This document shows, one piece after another, positions 54,473 to 64,000 of a stretch of DNA of 64,000 bases (positions are counted from its first letter, which is position 1; each line of letters opens with the position of its first letter). Below the pieces are notes generated by a model. It did not search any database. It was not told the DNA's origin and was given only the letters and a program-made list of their open reading frames with translations. The stretch is from the NCBI GenBank assembly GCA_965208325.1, contig OZ242326.1, positions 4,368,153 to 4,432,152 on the forward strand, given 5' to 3'. Position numbers and translations under genes: made by a program. The stretch comes from Candidatus Poribacteria bacterium (GTDB lineage Bacteria; Poribacteria; WGA-4E; PCPOR2b).

Positions 54473-57166
54473 ATGATCTTGATGTTTACACAACGAATGA
54501 TTGGAATTACAACATCGTTTTGCTTTTGGATTGCAGTGAACAGTGCGGCGTCTGCGGCGCTGACGTTGGACGATCTTTTCCCGACCGACCGGGTATTGGA
54601 CGTGCAGATTTCCGTTGCGGATAAGGATTGGGATACTATCCGCCATCAACGGCGCGATTTTCGATCGACATTGCACGAAAGCCGCAGTGAGTCGCCTATT
54701 GATTCGCCCTACACCTATGTCGACGCTAGTGTGACAATTGACGGAGTAACTTTTCCAGAGGTTGGGCTACGCAAGAAAGGGTTCCTTGGATCGCTAAACT
54801 CGGAACGCCCTTCACTCAAGATTAGACTCAATCACGTTGACAAAAACGGCGGTATTGAGGGCTTGACCAACCTGACGTTGAACAACAACCAACAGGACGC
54901 GGGTTTGGTGAGCCAGTTTATCGGGTACGCGCTGTTTAACGCCGCCGGCTCACCGGCGCCGCGGTGTGCTTTTGCGAGTGTGAAGGTGAACGGCAAAAAC
55001 TTGGGGATTTATTCCCATGTTGAAACGATACGGAGATCACTGCTGGATCGGGCGTTCGGCAACAGCGACGGGACGCTGTATGAAGGCCCTTACGTGGATT
55101 TTTACGAAGGATGGGAAGGCAGTTTCGAGCACAAGACTGGGGATGATGCGGCCGGAAGAGCGCGTATCGGCAACCTCATCAGGGTACTAATGGGCGAGGA
55201 CGAAGGTATTGACCGGGCGATTGGCGAGTACGTTCATCTCGATTCGTTCTTCACGTATTGGGCATTGGAAGGGTTGCTCGGTTTTTGGGACGGATACTCC
55301 GGCAACAGCAACAACTATTTCTTTTATCTGAACCCCGCGACCGACAGGTTTCACTTTATACCGTGGGGTGCAGATTCACTATTCGTCAAATACAGCAAGC
55401 TAGAACATGACCGGCGCGCCCCAATTTCTGTCAAGACCCAAGGATTGATAACCCACAAGCTGTATCAACTCGAGTCTGCGCGAGAACGATACGCCGAAAC
55501 GCTTAGGGCAATTATGGACAAACATTGGAATGAAGCGGAGTTGCTTGCAGAGCTGGATCGGATTGAAACCATGGTCACGCCGCATCTGATTGAGTCCCAG
55601 CGCTTCTTTTACGATGACGACAAACGAGAGGGAGGAGTCTACACATACGCTCAAGCATTGGACGAAACGCGAGATTTCATCCGCCGCCGCCGTACGGAGA
55701 TTCGCGAGGAGACGGCGGACGGAATGCCGGAGTGGCGCGACGAACCGAAGGAACTTTTTGTCATCAATGACGAGGACATGTTCAAACCGAAATCCGATTC
55801 GATTTGGCATGCGGTGCACACCGGAAACACGGCAGCGATTGAGCGGTACCTAGCTGAAGGCGCAGATGTTAATACTAAGGATGGCAAATTTGGGGTGACG
55901 CCGTTAGCGTGGGCGGTACTTGGGCGGCAGATTGAGGCGGTCGAATTGCTCATCCAAAAAGGGGCCGATATCAATGCAAAAAATAACGACACTTTCACAC
56001 CCTTGCACACGGCGGCGTTTCTCGGCGAATACGCGATTGCGCAATTATTAGTAAATAACGGTGCAGACGTCAACGCCAAGAATGAAGACGGCGATGCGCC
56101 GATGAACAGCTTGGAGGTGGATTGGGAGACCACCGAAGCTATTGCCGAATGGATACAAATTGAGGTTGACCGCGCGAGCGTCGAACGCGGGAGGGCTAAA
56201 CTCGCAGGGTTGTTACGGGAGCACGGCGCCCAAGCCGCTAACCTGAATCGAGATGCCGTATGTGATGCAGCTAGGAACGGACACATGGAAGAGATTGAGG
56301 CGCATTTGGCTGCGGAGGGTACTGATCCTGATGCGGGAGACAGAAAATTTGGGGTAACACCGCTATGTTGGGCGGCACTGGGGGACCACACGGGAATTGT
56401 TGAACTTCTCATTCAGCACGGAGCGTCAGTGGATGCGAGAAATCGGGATGGGGCAACGGCGTTGCACGGCGCAGGTTTTCTGGGGCGGGCAAAGGCAGCG
56501 GAACTGTTGCTCGAAAATGGAGCGGACCCAGATGCACGAAATCACCGAGGCGAGACGCCGATGAACGGTTTGGGAACGGATTGGGAAACTACGGAATTTC
56601 TCGCCGGCCTATTAGGGGTTGAGATTGACCGGGAAAGCGTTGAGCGCGGCAGGAGTCATGTTGAGGCGTTACTCCGACAGCACGGTGCTGGCAATGCAAA
56701 CCGTACTAGCGACGAACTCTGGGGCGCGGCAAAGACTGGGAACATTGAGGCTGTTAAGGGATTTTTAGCCGATAATGCCGATATTAACGCCGTAGATAGC
56801 AAATACGGGGTAACACCGCTATGTTGGGCGGCCTTTGGAGGCCATGCAGAAATTATTGAACTCCTGATTGAGAGCGGGGCCGATGTGAACGCCAAGAATC
56901 GAGATGCCGGAACGGCGCTGCACGGCGCCGCGTTTCTCGGACAAGCTGAGGCCGCAGCATTATTGATTCAGAATGGCGCTGACACACATGCCAAGCATGA
57001 GAGCGGCGACACACCGATGGATAGCGCGAACGTCGACTGGGGAACTACCCAGTTTATTGCGGGCCTGTTGGAGATTGAGATTGACCGTGAAGCGGTCGAG
57101 CGCGGCAGGGAAAGGGCGGTTGATATTCTTCGCGAGCATAACGCCAAACGCGGCAGAAGAGAGTAG
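54473..57166 (+). CDS. Secreted CotH-kinase-family domain fused to three ankyrin-repeat modules
   Basis: Signal peptide MILMFTQRMIGITTSFCFWIAVNSAASAA. The CotH-like region is LTLNNNQQDAGLVSQFIGYALFNAAGSPAPRC...VNGKNLGIYSHVE...GTLYEG...NNYFFYLNPATDRFHFIPWGADSLF. The C-terminal part has three ~135-aa modules of ANK repeats (GVTPL.WAA..GH..IVELLI..GADVNAKN) followed by a DWETTE...IE(I/V)DRESVERGR helix. Confidence 0.8.
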   Translation: MILMFTQRMIGITTSFCFWIAVNSAASAALTLDDLFPTDRVLDVQISVADKDWDTIRHQRRDFRSTLHESRSESPIDSPYTYVDASVTIDGVTFPEVGLRKKGFLGSLNSERPSLKIRLNHVDKNGGIEGLTNLTLNNNQQDAGLVSQFIGYALFNAAGSPAPRCAFASVKVNGKNLGIYSHVETIRRSLLDRAFGNSDGTLYEGPYVDFYEGWEGSFEHKTGDDAAGRARIGNLIRVLMGEDEGIDRAIGEYVHLDSFFTYWALEGLLGFWDGYSGNSNNYFFYLNPATDRFHFIPWGADSLFVKYSKLEHDRRAPISVKTQGLITHKLYQLESARERYAETLRAIMDKHWNEAELLAELDRIETMVTPHLIESQRFFYDDDKREGGVYTYAQALDETRDFIRRRRTEIREETADGMPEWRDEPKELFVINDEDMFKPKSDSIWHAVHTGNTAAIERYLAEGADVNTKDGKFGVTPLAWAVLGRQIEAVELLIQKGADINAKNNDTFTPLHTAAFLGEYAIAQLLVNNGADVNAKNEDGDAPMNSLEVDWETTEAIAEWIQIEVDRASVERGRAKLAGLLREHGAQAANLNRDAVCDAARNGHMEEIEAHLAAEGTDPDAGDRKFGVTPLCWAALGDHTGIVELLIQHGASVDARNRDGATALHGAGFLGRAKAAELLLENGADPDARNHRGETPMNGLGTDWETTEFLAGLLGVEIDRESVERGRSHVEALLRQHGAGNANRTSDELWGAAKTGNIEAVKGFLADNADINAVDSKYGVTPLCWAAFGGHAEIIELLIESGADVNAKNRDAGTALHGAAFLGQAEAAALLIQNGADTHAKHESGDTPMDSANVDWGTTQFIAGLLEIEIDREAVERGRERAVDILREHNAKRGRRE

Positions 57167-57216
57167 GCGCAGGATGCGTTAGCCCCGCAGCGGCTGCACT
57201 CTATGTCCATCTGTTA

Positions 57217-57981
57217 CTACGACTGATAGGCATTTGTTGTGCTAAGGAAATCACGCACGCTCGGCGGGACGAGGCTATCGATTGAATCACCCCGCGCAAT
57301 TTGTGTACGGATTTGGGTCGAAGATAGTTCGGCATAGAAACAGGGCAACTCAATAATGTCTATATTCTCAGCGAAGGCACGAATTTCCGGCTGCTCTAGG
57401 AATTTGTTCACCGCGTCCGCATTCTCACTCTCACGGTTGGCGACAATTAGGCGGCATCGGTCGAAGAGGGACTCCAACGCTGTATTCATATCGGTGTAAT
57501 ATTTGGGGTCGAAGATTCGTACAAACGTGTCGTAACCGACGATGAACGAGAAATAGGTGTTGGGCGGATAGACAGCCTCCAACGCACGAAGTTTCTCAAT
57601 GAACCGCCCGTGGCTACAGGCAGCCACCGAAACATCTTCTCGGCTGACGGCATACCGCTTGAGCATCAACAGGCGATCGGCCAGAGACAGCCCAAACACA
57701 TTTTTATCGACGTTCGCCTTCGCTAAGAGCAAGACCGTCTCCTGCAGATTGAAATTGGCAGCGGCGGCTGCAATCATTTTGGCGTGGGCTACAGTGAGTG
57801 GATTAAATGAGCCTGAAAAGATGCCAAGTTTGTTCCCGCCCGCCACGATGTGTTTTGAGGCGCGGTGCACCCAGCGCGCTTGCGGCTCGCCGTGATGGTG
57901 GAGCTGGCCGAGGAGTTTTGTCAGACAGATGTATTCATCGGCGTAATCTGCGTATTGCGCAAGGCTCACAGTTAGCTCCAT
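57217..57981 (-). CDS. Cytidylyltransferase-fold nucleotidyltransferase (NadD/NMNAT-like)
   Basis: GIFSGSFNPLTVAHAKM fits the G.F.P.H..H nucleotidyltransferase motif. About 254 aa. The specific substrate is not assignable. Confidence 0.6.
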   Translation of the reverse strand: MELTVSLAQYADYADEYICLTKLLGQLHHHGEPQARWVHRASKHIVAGGNKLGIFSGSFNPLTVAHAKMIAAAAANFNLQETVLLLAKANVDKNVFGLSLADRLLMLKRYAVSREDVSVAACSHGRFIEKLRALEAVYPPNTYFSFIVGYDTFVRIFDPKYYTDMNTALESLFDRCRLIVANRESENADAVNKFLEQPEIRAFAENIDIIELPCFYAELSSTQIRTQIARGDSIDSLVPPSVRDFLSTTNAYQS

Positions 57982-58052
57982 CAAATCGGAATTGATATTA
58001 AATGATCATACCGGGGCGGTGTTGCTCTATTCCAACCGAATTCTCGTATGGC

Positions 58053-60767
58053 TCACGCTTTGCGTTTAGCGGGTTTATGAAGGATTAACTGCGTGCTATC
58101 TTCGCGCGCCAGGATTTCGAAGAACCGTTTGGCGACAGGATAATCTTCGGGGGAAATGACTCGATTCGCGAGTGTGAACTGGAGGATATAGCGAATCTCA
58201 CGCCCTTCCAATTCGTAGCGGCGATCCATACTAGCAAAGCTCTGCTCCACCCGGAGGTTTTCCGGGAGGATAGCCGACCATCCCTGCGGCAAGGCAATAC
58301 GCACGGTCTTCTGCATTTCAAACGGATAGCTAAACTCCAGCGGATGGCTTCGTTCACTCGCCGCAAAGAGTTCCGCATAATCCGTGAACTCGCCGCTGGG
58401 CAACGGAAGGAGCAGGGTTCCGTTGATCTGCTTAACATATTCTTCGACGGCGAAATCAATCTCGACCTCAACCGGCAGGTTTAGATTGTTGAGATCGGAC
58501 ATTGCCACACGATTAACCACGACCCCGGGAAACTGCGTGCTAAGTTCGCCTCCAAAGGTGTCCTTCAAGGCGTTAGGGTGGACAGGGCTATAGTGCAAAC
58601 GGTTTTCGATGTTGTATTGGCCGCTAGTTTCTACGCGCATCTTGCCTTGAAGTTCGCCACTTTCACTTAAACTGAGTTCAGTATTTACAATTAGTTTGTT
58701 GGATTCGGGGGGGAAAGTGGGAATATCAACGAATTCGCCTCTAGTTTCTCCGATTACGAACCCTTTTCGCCCTTGATCGCTCGCAGGTAAATCTCCAAAA
58801 CTACAAACTTCCGATGTTGCGTCCAACCAGAAATAGCTGCCGTCATCTTTCGGAACTGCCGCAATAACGTGACTGAACTGACCGAGCGACGGGATTTCAT
58901 CGTCAATCCGCTCATAGGGCGTCGGATTAAGCAGCACCGGAAACGCCTTCAGTCCGAGAATATTGAGCATGGAAATTAACAGTGTGGTTTTATCCTTGCA
59001 ATCCCCGTACCGCATTTGAAACACTTGACTTGCGGGGGACGGCTGATAGGCGCCTTGCCCCAACTCGATACCGACGTACCGAATCTGCGACGCGACCAGA
59101 TGATACAGCGCTTGGATTTTTTCTGATGGTGCTGTGAGACCGGCGGTAACGGCGTGCACGGCTCTTTCGATGTTGCCATCGGCATCGTACCGATCCTTTG
59201 CGAGGCCTTTGTACCAATTGTAGACGTCGTCCCACGACTTCACCGAGGAGTAGGCGAGACGCGGCACGATATCTTTTGTTGGCGGCATACCCACTTCTAC
59301 CACAAGCCCCGGCGTTTCGCCATAGTTCCAGATGTAGGTGCTTGCTTCATCTTCATGAGCCACTTGCGGATCGAGTTGGCAATTCATGGCTTTCCACCGG
59401 AAGTGGGTGCCTTTAGGGATACGCAGCGCATAGTTGGACCGTAGCGTTACGTGCGAAGCTTGAAAATTAAAATCCCCCCAAAACCAAGTTTCGTTTCCCG
59501 CAGTTTGCGTGCCCGTGTCTTCAAGCGTGACCTGAAATTCGATGCACACGCCGGGTTTGAGTGCTGGCATCGAAATTACTTTCCACATGGCATCCGAATA
59601 GAGATTGTAGGAGAGCAACCCCGGCGGGGTCACATCGTTGTAAGCTTCATCAAGCGGCTCAACCACCGATCCATCCGGTAAAATTGTGCGCGCGATGTTG
59701 ATGGAGATATACTGCGCCAACGGGTTGTAAGGGATAGCGATGTCATCATATTCCTGCCTGCCTCTTTCCGTCAGAATTTTAACAACTTGATGCGAAGTGT
59801 ATCGGGATTTACCCGTTGGCAAGACGTCATGGCTGAACTGGTTGAGCAAGAGGATTACGTCAGCGTCGGGGTAAACCGCTGCGTCCGGAGCACCCGCGAT
59901 GATTGCGTCAATGTCGGTGTCGATGAGTTCCACCGGGGGTACGTCAGTCGTCGTATAGGCAGGTGAATTAAGCTGTGATAGGGCTTGGAGCCGCGCTGGC
60001 GCGAGTAGATTCTCGGGTTCGACGCGCAGAATTTCGTAATATTGGAGTTCTGCTTCGTAGTAACGCGCTTCGTCCTCATAGATTGAAGCGAGTTGTTGGC
60101 GCGCCCACACGTCGCCGGGAAAAAGGCGAATTGACTCTCGAAACTCGGCGATGGCTTCACCGATCTCGCCCTGTTCGAGGTGAATCAACGCAAGGTAGTT
60201 ATGTGTATTTTTGCTCTCTGACCGCTCAGATTTCGGGTCGATTTCCAACGCACGGCGTAGAACGGCTTCCGCCTCATCTAGGCGATGAAGTTGTTTGTAA
60301 GCCAATCCCAGGTGGTTAAGCGTGTACAAATTGCGTGGTTCAAGTTTCAATGCGGCTTCATACGCTTTCGCAGCATCCTTGTAGTTGTTAAGATTCTCGT
60401 GGACATATCCGAGATAATTCCGAGCGATGACGTTTTTCGGGTCGAGTTTTACCAACGCCGCAAAGGCGTCGCGCGCTTTTTCGTATTCCTGGCGTTGAAA
60501 GTGGATTTCTGCAATTTTGAGCTGCGGAGCGCTCGACCTCGGTTTGATTGCCATCGCCGCGCGATAGGCTTCGATTGCGCGATCAAAGTCTCGATTTTGG
60601 AACGCCCAATTTCCACTGTCAATCTGTTTCTGCCATTGTCGATTCCGATCGACGATTGGATCGACAATCTCCACTTCAGACGACCGGTTCCGCGAGAAAA
60701 AGGCGCATCCACCAAGCACTAGGGCAAACATGACGACAGCTACGTACTTAAACCAAGAAATAATCAT
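58053..60767 (-). CDS. TPR + DUF3857 + transglutaminase-like cysteine protease-fold + DUF3858-type protein
   Basis: N-terminal TM helix, then about 6 TPR units. The transglutaminase core is FQMRYGDCKDKTTLLISML. The overall architecture is as I recall for DUF3857 proteins. Its ATG overlaps the stop of the upstream TPR gene (ATGA). Confidence 0.78.
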   Translation of the reverse strand: MIISWFKYVAVVMFALVLGGCAFFSRNRSSEVEIVDPIVDRNRQWQKQIDSGNWAFQNRDFDRAIEAYRAAMAIKPRSSAPQLKIAEIHFQRQEYEKARDAFAALVKLDPKNVIARNYLGYVHENLNNYKDAAKAYEAALKLEPRNLYTLNHLGLAYKQLHRLDEAEAVLRRALEIDPKSERSESKNTHNYLALIHLEQGEIGEAIAEFRESIRLFPGDVWARQQLASIYEDEARYYEAELQYYEILRVEPENLLAPARLQALSQLNSPAYTTTDVPPVELIDTDIDAIIAGAPDAAVYPDADVILLLNQFSHDVLPTGKSRYTSHQVVKILTERGRQEYDDIAIPYNPLAQYISINIARTILPDGSVVEPLDEAYNDVTPPGLLSYNLYSDAMWKVISMPALKPGVCIEFQVTLEDTGTQTAGNETWFWGDFNFQASHVTLRSNYALRIPKGTHFRWKAMNCQLDPQVAHEDEASTYIWNYGETPGLVVEVGMPPTKDIVPRLAYSSVKSWDDVYNWYKGLAKDRYDADGNIERAVHAVTAGLTAPSEKIQALYHLVASQIRYVGIELGQGAYQPSPASQVFQMRYGDCKDKTTLLISMLNILGLKAFPVLLNPTPYERIDDEIPSLGQFSHVIAAVPKDDGSYFWLDATSEVCSFGDLPASDQGRKGFVIGETRGEFVDIPTFPPESNKLIVNTELSLSESGELQGKMRVETSGQYNIENRLHYSPVHPNALKDTFGGELSTQFPGVVVNRVAMSDLNNLNLPVEVEIDFAVEEYVKQINGTLLLPLPSGEFTDYAELFAASERSHPLEFSYPFEMQKTVRIALPQGWSAILPENLRVEQSFASMDRRYELEGREIRYILQFTLANRVISPEDYPVAKRFFEILAREDSTQLILHKPAKRKA

Positions 60768-62704
60768 TGCATGTTCCCTTTCGATTGGACTTGTTTCTGC
60801 CTAGCTGCTTGAATGGCTTCAAGCCCCTTTAGGAGCTTAGGGTTATCCGGCATTAATTCTAGCGCCTTTTGGATGGTTTCCTCCGCATTCGCATAGTCAT
60901 TGTTTCGGAAATACAACCAAGATAACGTGTTGAGGTAGCTTGCCGAGTTGGGTTGGATGTCGACCGCCTTTTGAACCAACTCGAGTGCTTCGTCGAGGCG
61001 GGAATTCTGTGCCGCGTAGAGCTGCGCTAACCGTTCGTACGCCTTGTCATAGGCGGGGTTCAGAGATATACACTTTTGAAACGCACCCTCCGCCGCGTCG
61101 AATTGGTTGCGTTTAATATGGATTGTGCCGAGGAAGTAGTACGTCTCAGCCATGTCGGGTTGAAGTTCTACGGCGGTACTCAGATAGTCGGCGGCTTCAT
61201 CCAGACGCTCCTGCCACAGGGCGATTAACCCTAACATGTGATGGGGTTCGGCGAGATCCGGGTTTCGATTGATTGCCTCGCGGTAGTGGTTTGCCGCCTG
61301 TTCAGGTTTATCCTGACCTAAGTAGACTCGTGCCATACCGTGATGGACACGTGCATCATCAGGCATGAGACCAAGCAATTTTTCGTACACAGCAAGCGCA
61401 TCGTGCAGGAGGGAGAGTTTAAACGAGATGGTACCGATGTTCAGCCACACTTCGCCGTTATCCGGTTCGAACTCAACGGCTCTGCGAAAGGCTGTGAGGG
61501 CGTTTTGGTAATCCACGTTGTTTTCAGATTTTTGTGCTTTGGTAAACCAAACAGACCCGAGGTCGATATATGAGGCGGCGGAATTCGGCCTTAGTTGGAC
61601 GGCGCGGTTTTGGGCTTCCAGTGCATCGTCGAACCGCTCCAGCATGGTATAGATGTGGCTAAGTCCGCTGTAGGCTTCTGCGTTATTCGAATCGTGCCAG
61701 ACCGCTTTATTGAATTGCTGTATCGCGGCTTCATACTTCTTATCCTTGATGAATTTCCAGCCGAGATTTGACAATGTGACGGCTTTTCCAGTCCCTTGAG
61801 GCGCCCGCAACATGTCGACTTCGTCGGCTAGTTCTGCTTTGAGACGCCGAAATTTTTCCATCGCCTTTTTTGCCTCAGTGTTTTTCCCTTGCCTGAAATA
61901 CAGCAGCGCCAAGCGGTAGTGGGTGCTAGCGAGTTGCGGATTCACTCGGATTGCATTTCGAAACGACCTTTCTGCATATTGTTCCTGTCCTTTTCGAAGA
62001 CGCGCCACTCCAAGCCAGAAATGCGCCTCTGCGAGCGGAGGCCCCAGACGAATCGCCTGCTCATAGTATTCGATAGCCGAGTCAACTAAGTTTCGCTCGA
62101 AGGCGGCGCGCCCAAGGAAGTAACTCACACCTGCTAACGATAGCGGGGTAAGTTTGTAGGTTTGGCTACCCCCCTGCAATATGGGCGAGTTTGCAAGCCG
62201 AGCATCTAGTGCGTTCAACGCATTCATCAGCGCAAAACCCTTTTTTAATGTTACGTCAGCTGCATCATAGTTTTGCTGCCGAAAATAAACGACACCTAAC
62301 TGTGCATACGCTTGACCCCAATCGGGGAAACGGCGCACCGTATTCTCGAACACTTCTCGGGATTTATCGTAGAGTTTCTGTATGAGATATCCGCCGCCTA
62401 GACAGTAGTAGGCAACAGGATAGGCGTCATCGAGGGTTAACGCCTTCTCGAACGATTCGACGGCGAGATCGGCTGCGCCAAGCGAAAGATACGCCAGCCC
62501 GAGATTTAGGTGCACCTCTGCAGATGTCGGATCTTCTTCGAGAATCTTCCGATACGCTTCGACAGTTCTGACCATATCCGAGGATGAACCCACTTGCGCA
62601 CAAATTTTTCCGCCCAGCGTTACCACCAGAAATATGACTGATGTTGAAAGTATAGTGTTACATCTTGGAAAACATTGGGAAGGGAATATAATTCGTATCA
62701 ACAT
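60764..62704 (-). CDS. TPR-repeat protein, paralog of 7487..9394
   Basis: 646 aa and colinear with 7487..9394 (e.g. AEVHLNLGLAYLSLGAADLAVESF versus AEAHLNLGLAYLSLDATDEAEAAF; shared ...NTLSWLY(F)R..DY..AE..IQKAL.L.P.N). Confidence 0.85.
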   Translation of the reverse strand: MLIRIIFPSQCFPRCNTILSTSVIFLVVTLGGKICAQVGSSSDMVRTVEAYRKILEEDPTSAEVHLNLGLAYLSLGAADLAVESFEKALTLDDAYPVAYYCLGGGYLIQKLYDKSREVFENTVRRFPDWGQAYAQLGVVYFRQQNYDAADVTLKKGFALMNALNALDARLANSPILQGGSQTYKLTPLSLAGVSYFLGRAAFERNLVDSAIEYYEQAIRLGPPLAEAHFWLGVARLRKGQEQYAERSFRNAIRVNPQLASTHYRLALLYFRQGKNTEAKKAMEKFRRLKAELADEVDMLRAPQGTGKAVTLSNLGWKFIKDKKYEAAIQQFNKAVWHDSNNAEAYSGLSHIYTMLERFDDALEAQNRAVQLRPNSAASYIDLGSVWFTKAQKSENNVDYQNALTAFRRAVEFEPDNGEVWLNIGTISFKLSLLHDALAVYEKLLGLMPDDARVHHGMARVYLGQDKPEQAANHYREAINRNPDLAEPHHMLGLIALWQERLDEAADYLSTAVELQPDMAETYYFLGTIHIKRNQFDAAEGAFQKCISLNPAYDKAYERLAQLYAAQNSRLDEALELVQKAVDIQPNSASYLNTLSWLYFRNNDYANAEETIQKALELMPDNPKLLKGLEAIQAARQKQVQSKGNMQ

Positions 62705-62972
62705 TTACACCCTCACAGCGGGACATCAGAAAATTAATCACTTTCGGTATTGTACATGAATACGCCGAGCGTGTCAAGATCAGAGTATATGATACTCATA
62801 TTGTATTGGCGCCGCACCGCGTGCACGAATGACAGATTTGTATTGCAAAGGGCGGCGTTAGTCCGTATAATACCGGTGTTGGGGCGTCTTATTCAATAGT
62901 CCGCGGCAGTGCCTGTGTGTCCGGTGTGATTCGGTGCACTACTGCGTTTCAATACAGATTGGGGACGGTCAA

Positions 62973-64000
62973 TTGCATTCCGATTCGCGTTGCTTAAGAA
63001 CTTACTGTTTGGCTTTTCTTTTGTCTGTCCAAATTGCGTTCGCGGACTCAGCGATTCAATTCGTTGATGTCACCGAAGCGGCAGGCATCCGATTCAATCA
63101 CGTCGACGGGCGCAGCGGCCAGCGGTACTTTGTGGAATCACTTGGGTCCGGTGCCGCATTTTTCGACTATGACGGTGACGGCGACCCAGACCTATACTTC
63201 GTTAACGGTGCGGCGCTTCCGGGCTATCAGGCGGCTGTAACGCCGACCAACAGACTATACCAAAACAACGGCGACGGCACTTTCAGCGACGTGACGGTGC
63301 AAGCGGGCGTCGGGGACACCGGCTATGGGCACGGATGCGCGGTTGGCGACTACAATAACGACGGCTACCTTGATTTGTACGTGACCAACTACGGACCCAA
63401 TGTACTCTATTTGAACAACGGAGATTTGACTTTTACCGACGCCACAGCCGATGCGGGTGTCGGCGACCCCCAATGGAGCAGTAGCTGCGCGTTCGCAGAC
63501 TACGACCGTGACGGCGATCTCGACCTCTATGTCGTCAATTATATTGAGTACAGTCTAAAGGACAACCCGTGGTGCGGCCCTAAGGAGAAAGGGATTCGAG
63601 CGTACTGCGAGCCGAACAATTTTCCGGGTCTGCCGGATACCTTGTATCGGAACAACGGAGACGGGACATTTACGGATGTCACCCGTGAGTCCGGAATTTA
63701 TATTCCAACCGGAAAGGGGCTCGGCGTGGTGTGGGGGGACTACAACAACGACGGGCATCCGGACATCTACGTTGCCAACGACTCGACCGAAAATTTTTTC
63801 TATTTGAATAAAGGTGACGGCACCTTTAAGGAAGTAGGATTCATGCTTGGCGTTGCAATGAGCGAAACGGGAGCGGAAGAAAACGGGATGGGCACGGCAT
63901 TCGGGGACATGGATAATGACGGGTGGTTGGATTTAATTGTGACGAACTATCAGGATCAGGCTAACACGCTTTACCACAACGACCAGGACGGATTTTTTAC
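62973..64000 (+). CDS. FG-GAP/VCBS-repeat ASPIC-type protein, N-terminal part (runs off the right edge)
   Basis: Own translation: ...CLAFLLSVQIAFADSAIQFVDVTEAAGIRFNHVDGRSGQRYFVESLGSGAAFFDYDGDGDPDLYFVNG...LYQNNGDGTFSDVT...DYNNDGYLDLYVTN... The frame stays open to position 64000. Paralog of 10666..12411. The start is uncertain: TTG 62973, GTG 62934, or TTG 63009. Confidence 0.75.
   Translation, partial: MHSDSRCLRTYCLAFLLSVQIAFADSAIQFVDVTEAAGIRFNHVDGRSGQRYFVESLGSGAAFFDYDGDGDPDLYFVNGAALPGYQAAVTPTNRLYQNNGDGTFSDVTVQAGVGDTGYGHGCAVGDYNNDGYLDLYVTNYGPNVLYLNNGDLTFTDATADAGVGDPQWSSSCAFADYDRDGDLDLYVVNYIEYSLKDNPWCGPKEKGIRAYCEPNNFPGLPDTLYRNNGDGTFTDVTRESGIYIPTGKGLGVVWGDYNNDGHPDIYVANDSTENFFYLNKGDGTFKEVGFMLGVAMSETGAEENGMGTAFGDMDNDGWLDLIVTNYQDQANTLYHNDQDGFF

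Overview
This window looks like a chromosomal segment from an uncultivated-type bacterium. The mix of WD40, ankyrin, TPR, TolB/PD40, FG-GAP/ASPIC, FGE and LamG proteins resembles Poribacteria-like or FCB-related candidate phyla, but that is inference only.

Layout:
- 1-21962: about 18 kb of co-directional minus-strand genes for signal-peptide-bearing repeat or jelly-roll proteins: 2 WD40, 3 TolB-like, 1 DUF4159, 2 TPR, 2 ASPIC/UnbV, 1 FGE and 3 tandem LamG paralogs. IMPase and acylphosphatase genes sit among them.
- 22501-25050: adk and an orphan ABC ATPase.
- 25073-35093, minus strand: a complete F1Fo ATP synthase locus, atpZ-I-B-E-F-H-A-[insert]-G-[cupin + lipoprotein]-D-C. An NhaD/ArsB-like permease follows.
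- 37.3-39.3 kb: an ORF-free tandem repeat array immediately upstream of cstA.
- 41193-64000: a thioredoxin-fold gene with an in-frame TGA, a serine hydrolase, three ion-transport genes, NamZ-like and AnmK genes, a DUF805 gene, a ConA-like secreted protein, a CotH-ankyrin fusion, a NadD-like gene, a TPR-DUF3857-transglutaminase gene, another TPR gene and a third ASPIC gene that is truncated by the window edge.

I recognised no rRNA, tRNA, CRISPR array, transposase, integrase or phage gene.

Most interesting signals:
1. A six-unit array of a ~325-bp nested-palindrome repeat, with solo copies elsewhere in the window.
2. A MITE-like element family carrying a 40-bp hairpin repeat in 1, about 6 and 11 copies at three loci.
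3. A probable selenocysteine (UxxC) secreted peroxiredoxin-like protein that the ORF track splits in two.
4. A four-helix-bundle (Avd / 23S-IVS family) gene and a decayed second copy, bracketed by heptanucleotide microsatellites, inside the atp operon.
5. A C-terminal tag (V-x-P-x-x-K-x-x-[ST]-T-W-G-x-I-K) shared by eight secreted proteins, which I do not recognise as a named sorting signal.
6. His/Asp-rich tails on atp subunits c and a and on the adjacent permease.

The ORF track accepts TTG and GTG as starts. Many starts were therefore re-set by hand using Shine-Dalgarno spacing and paralog alignment.
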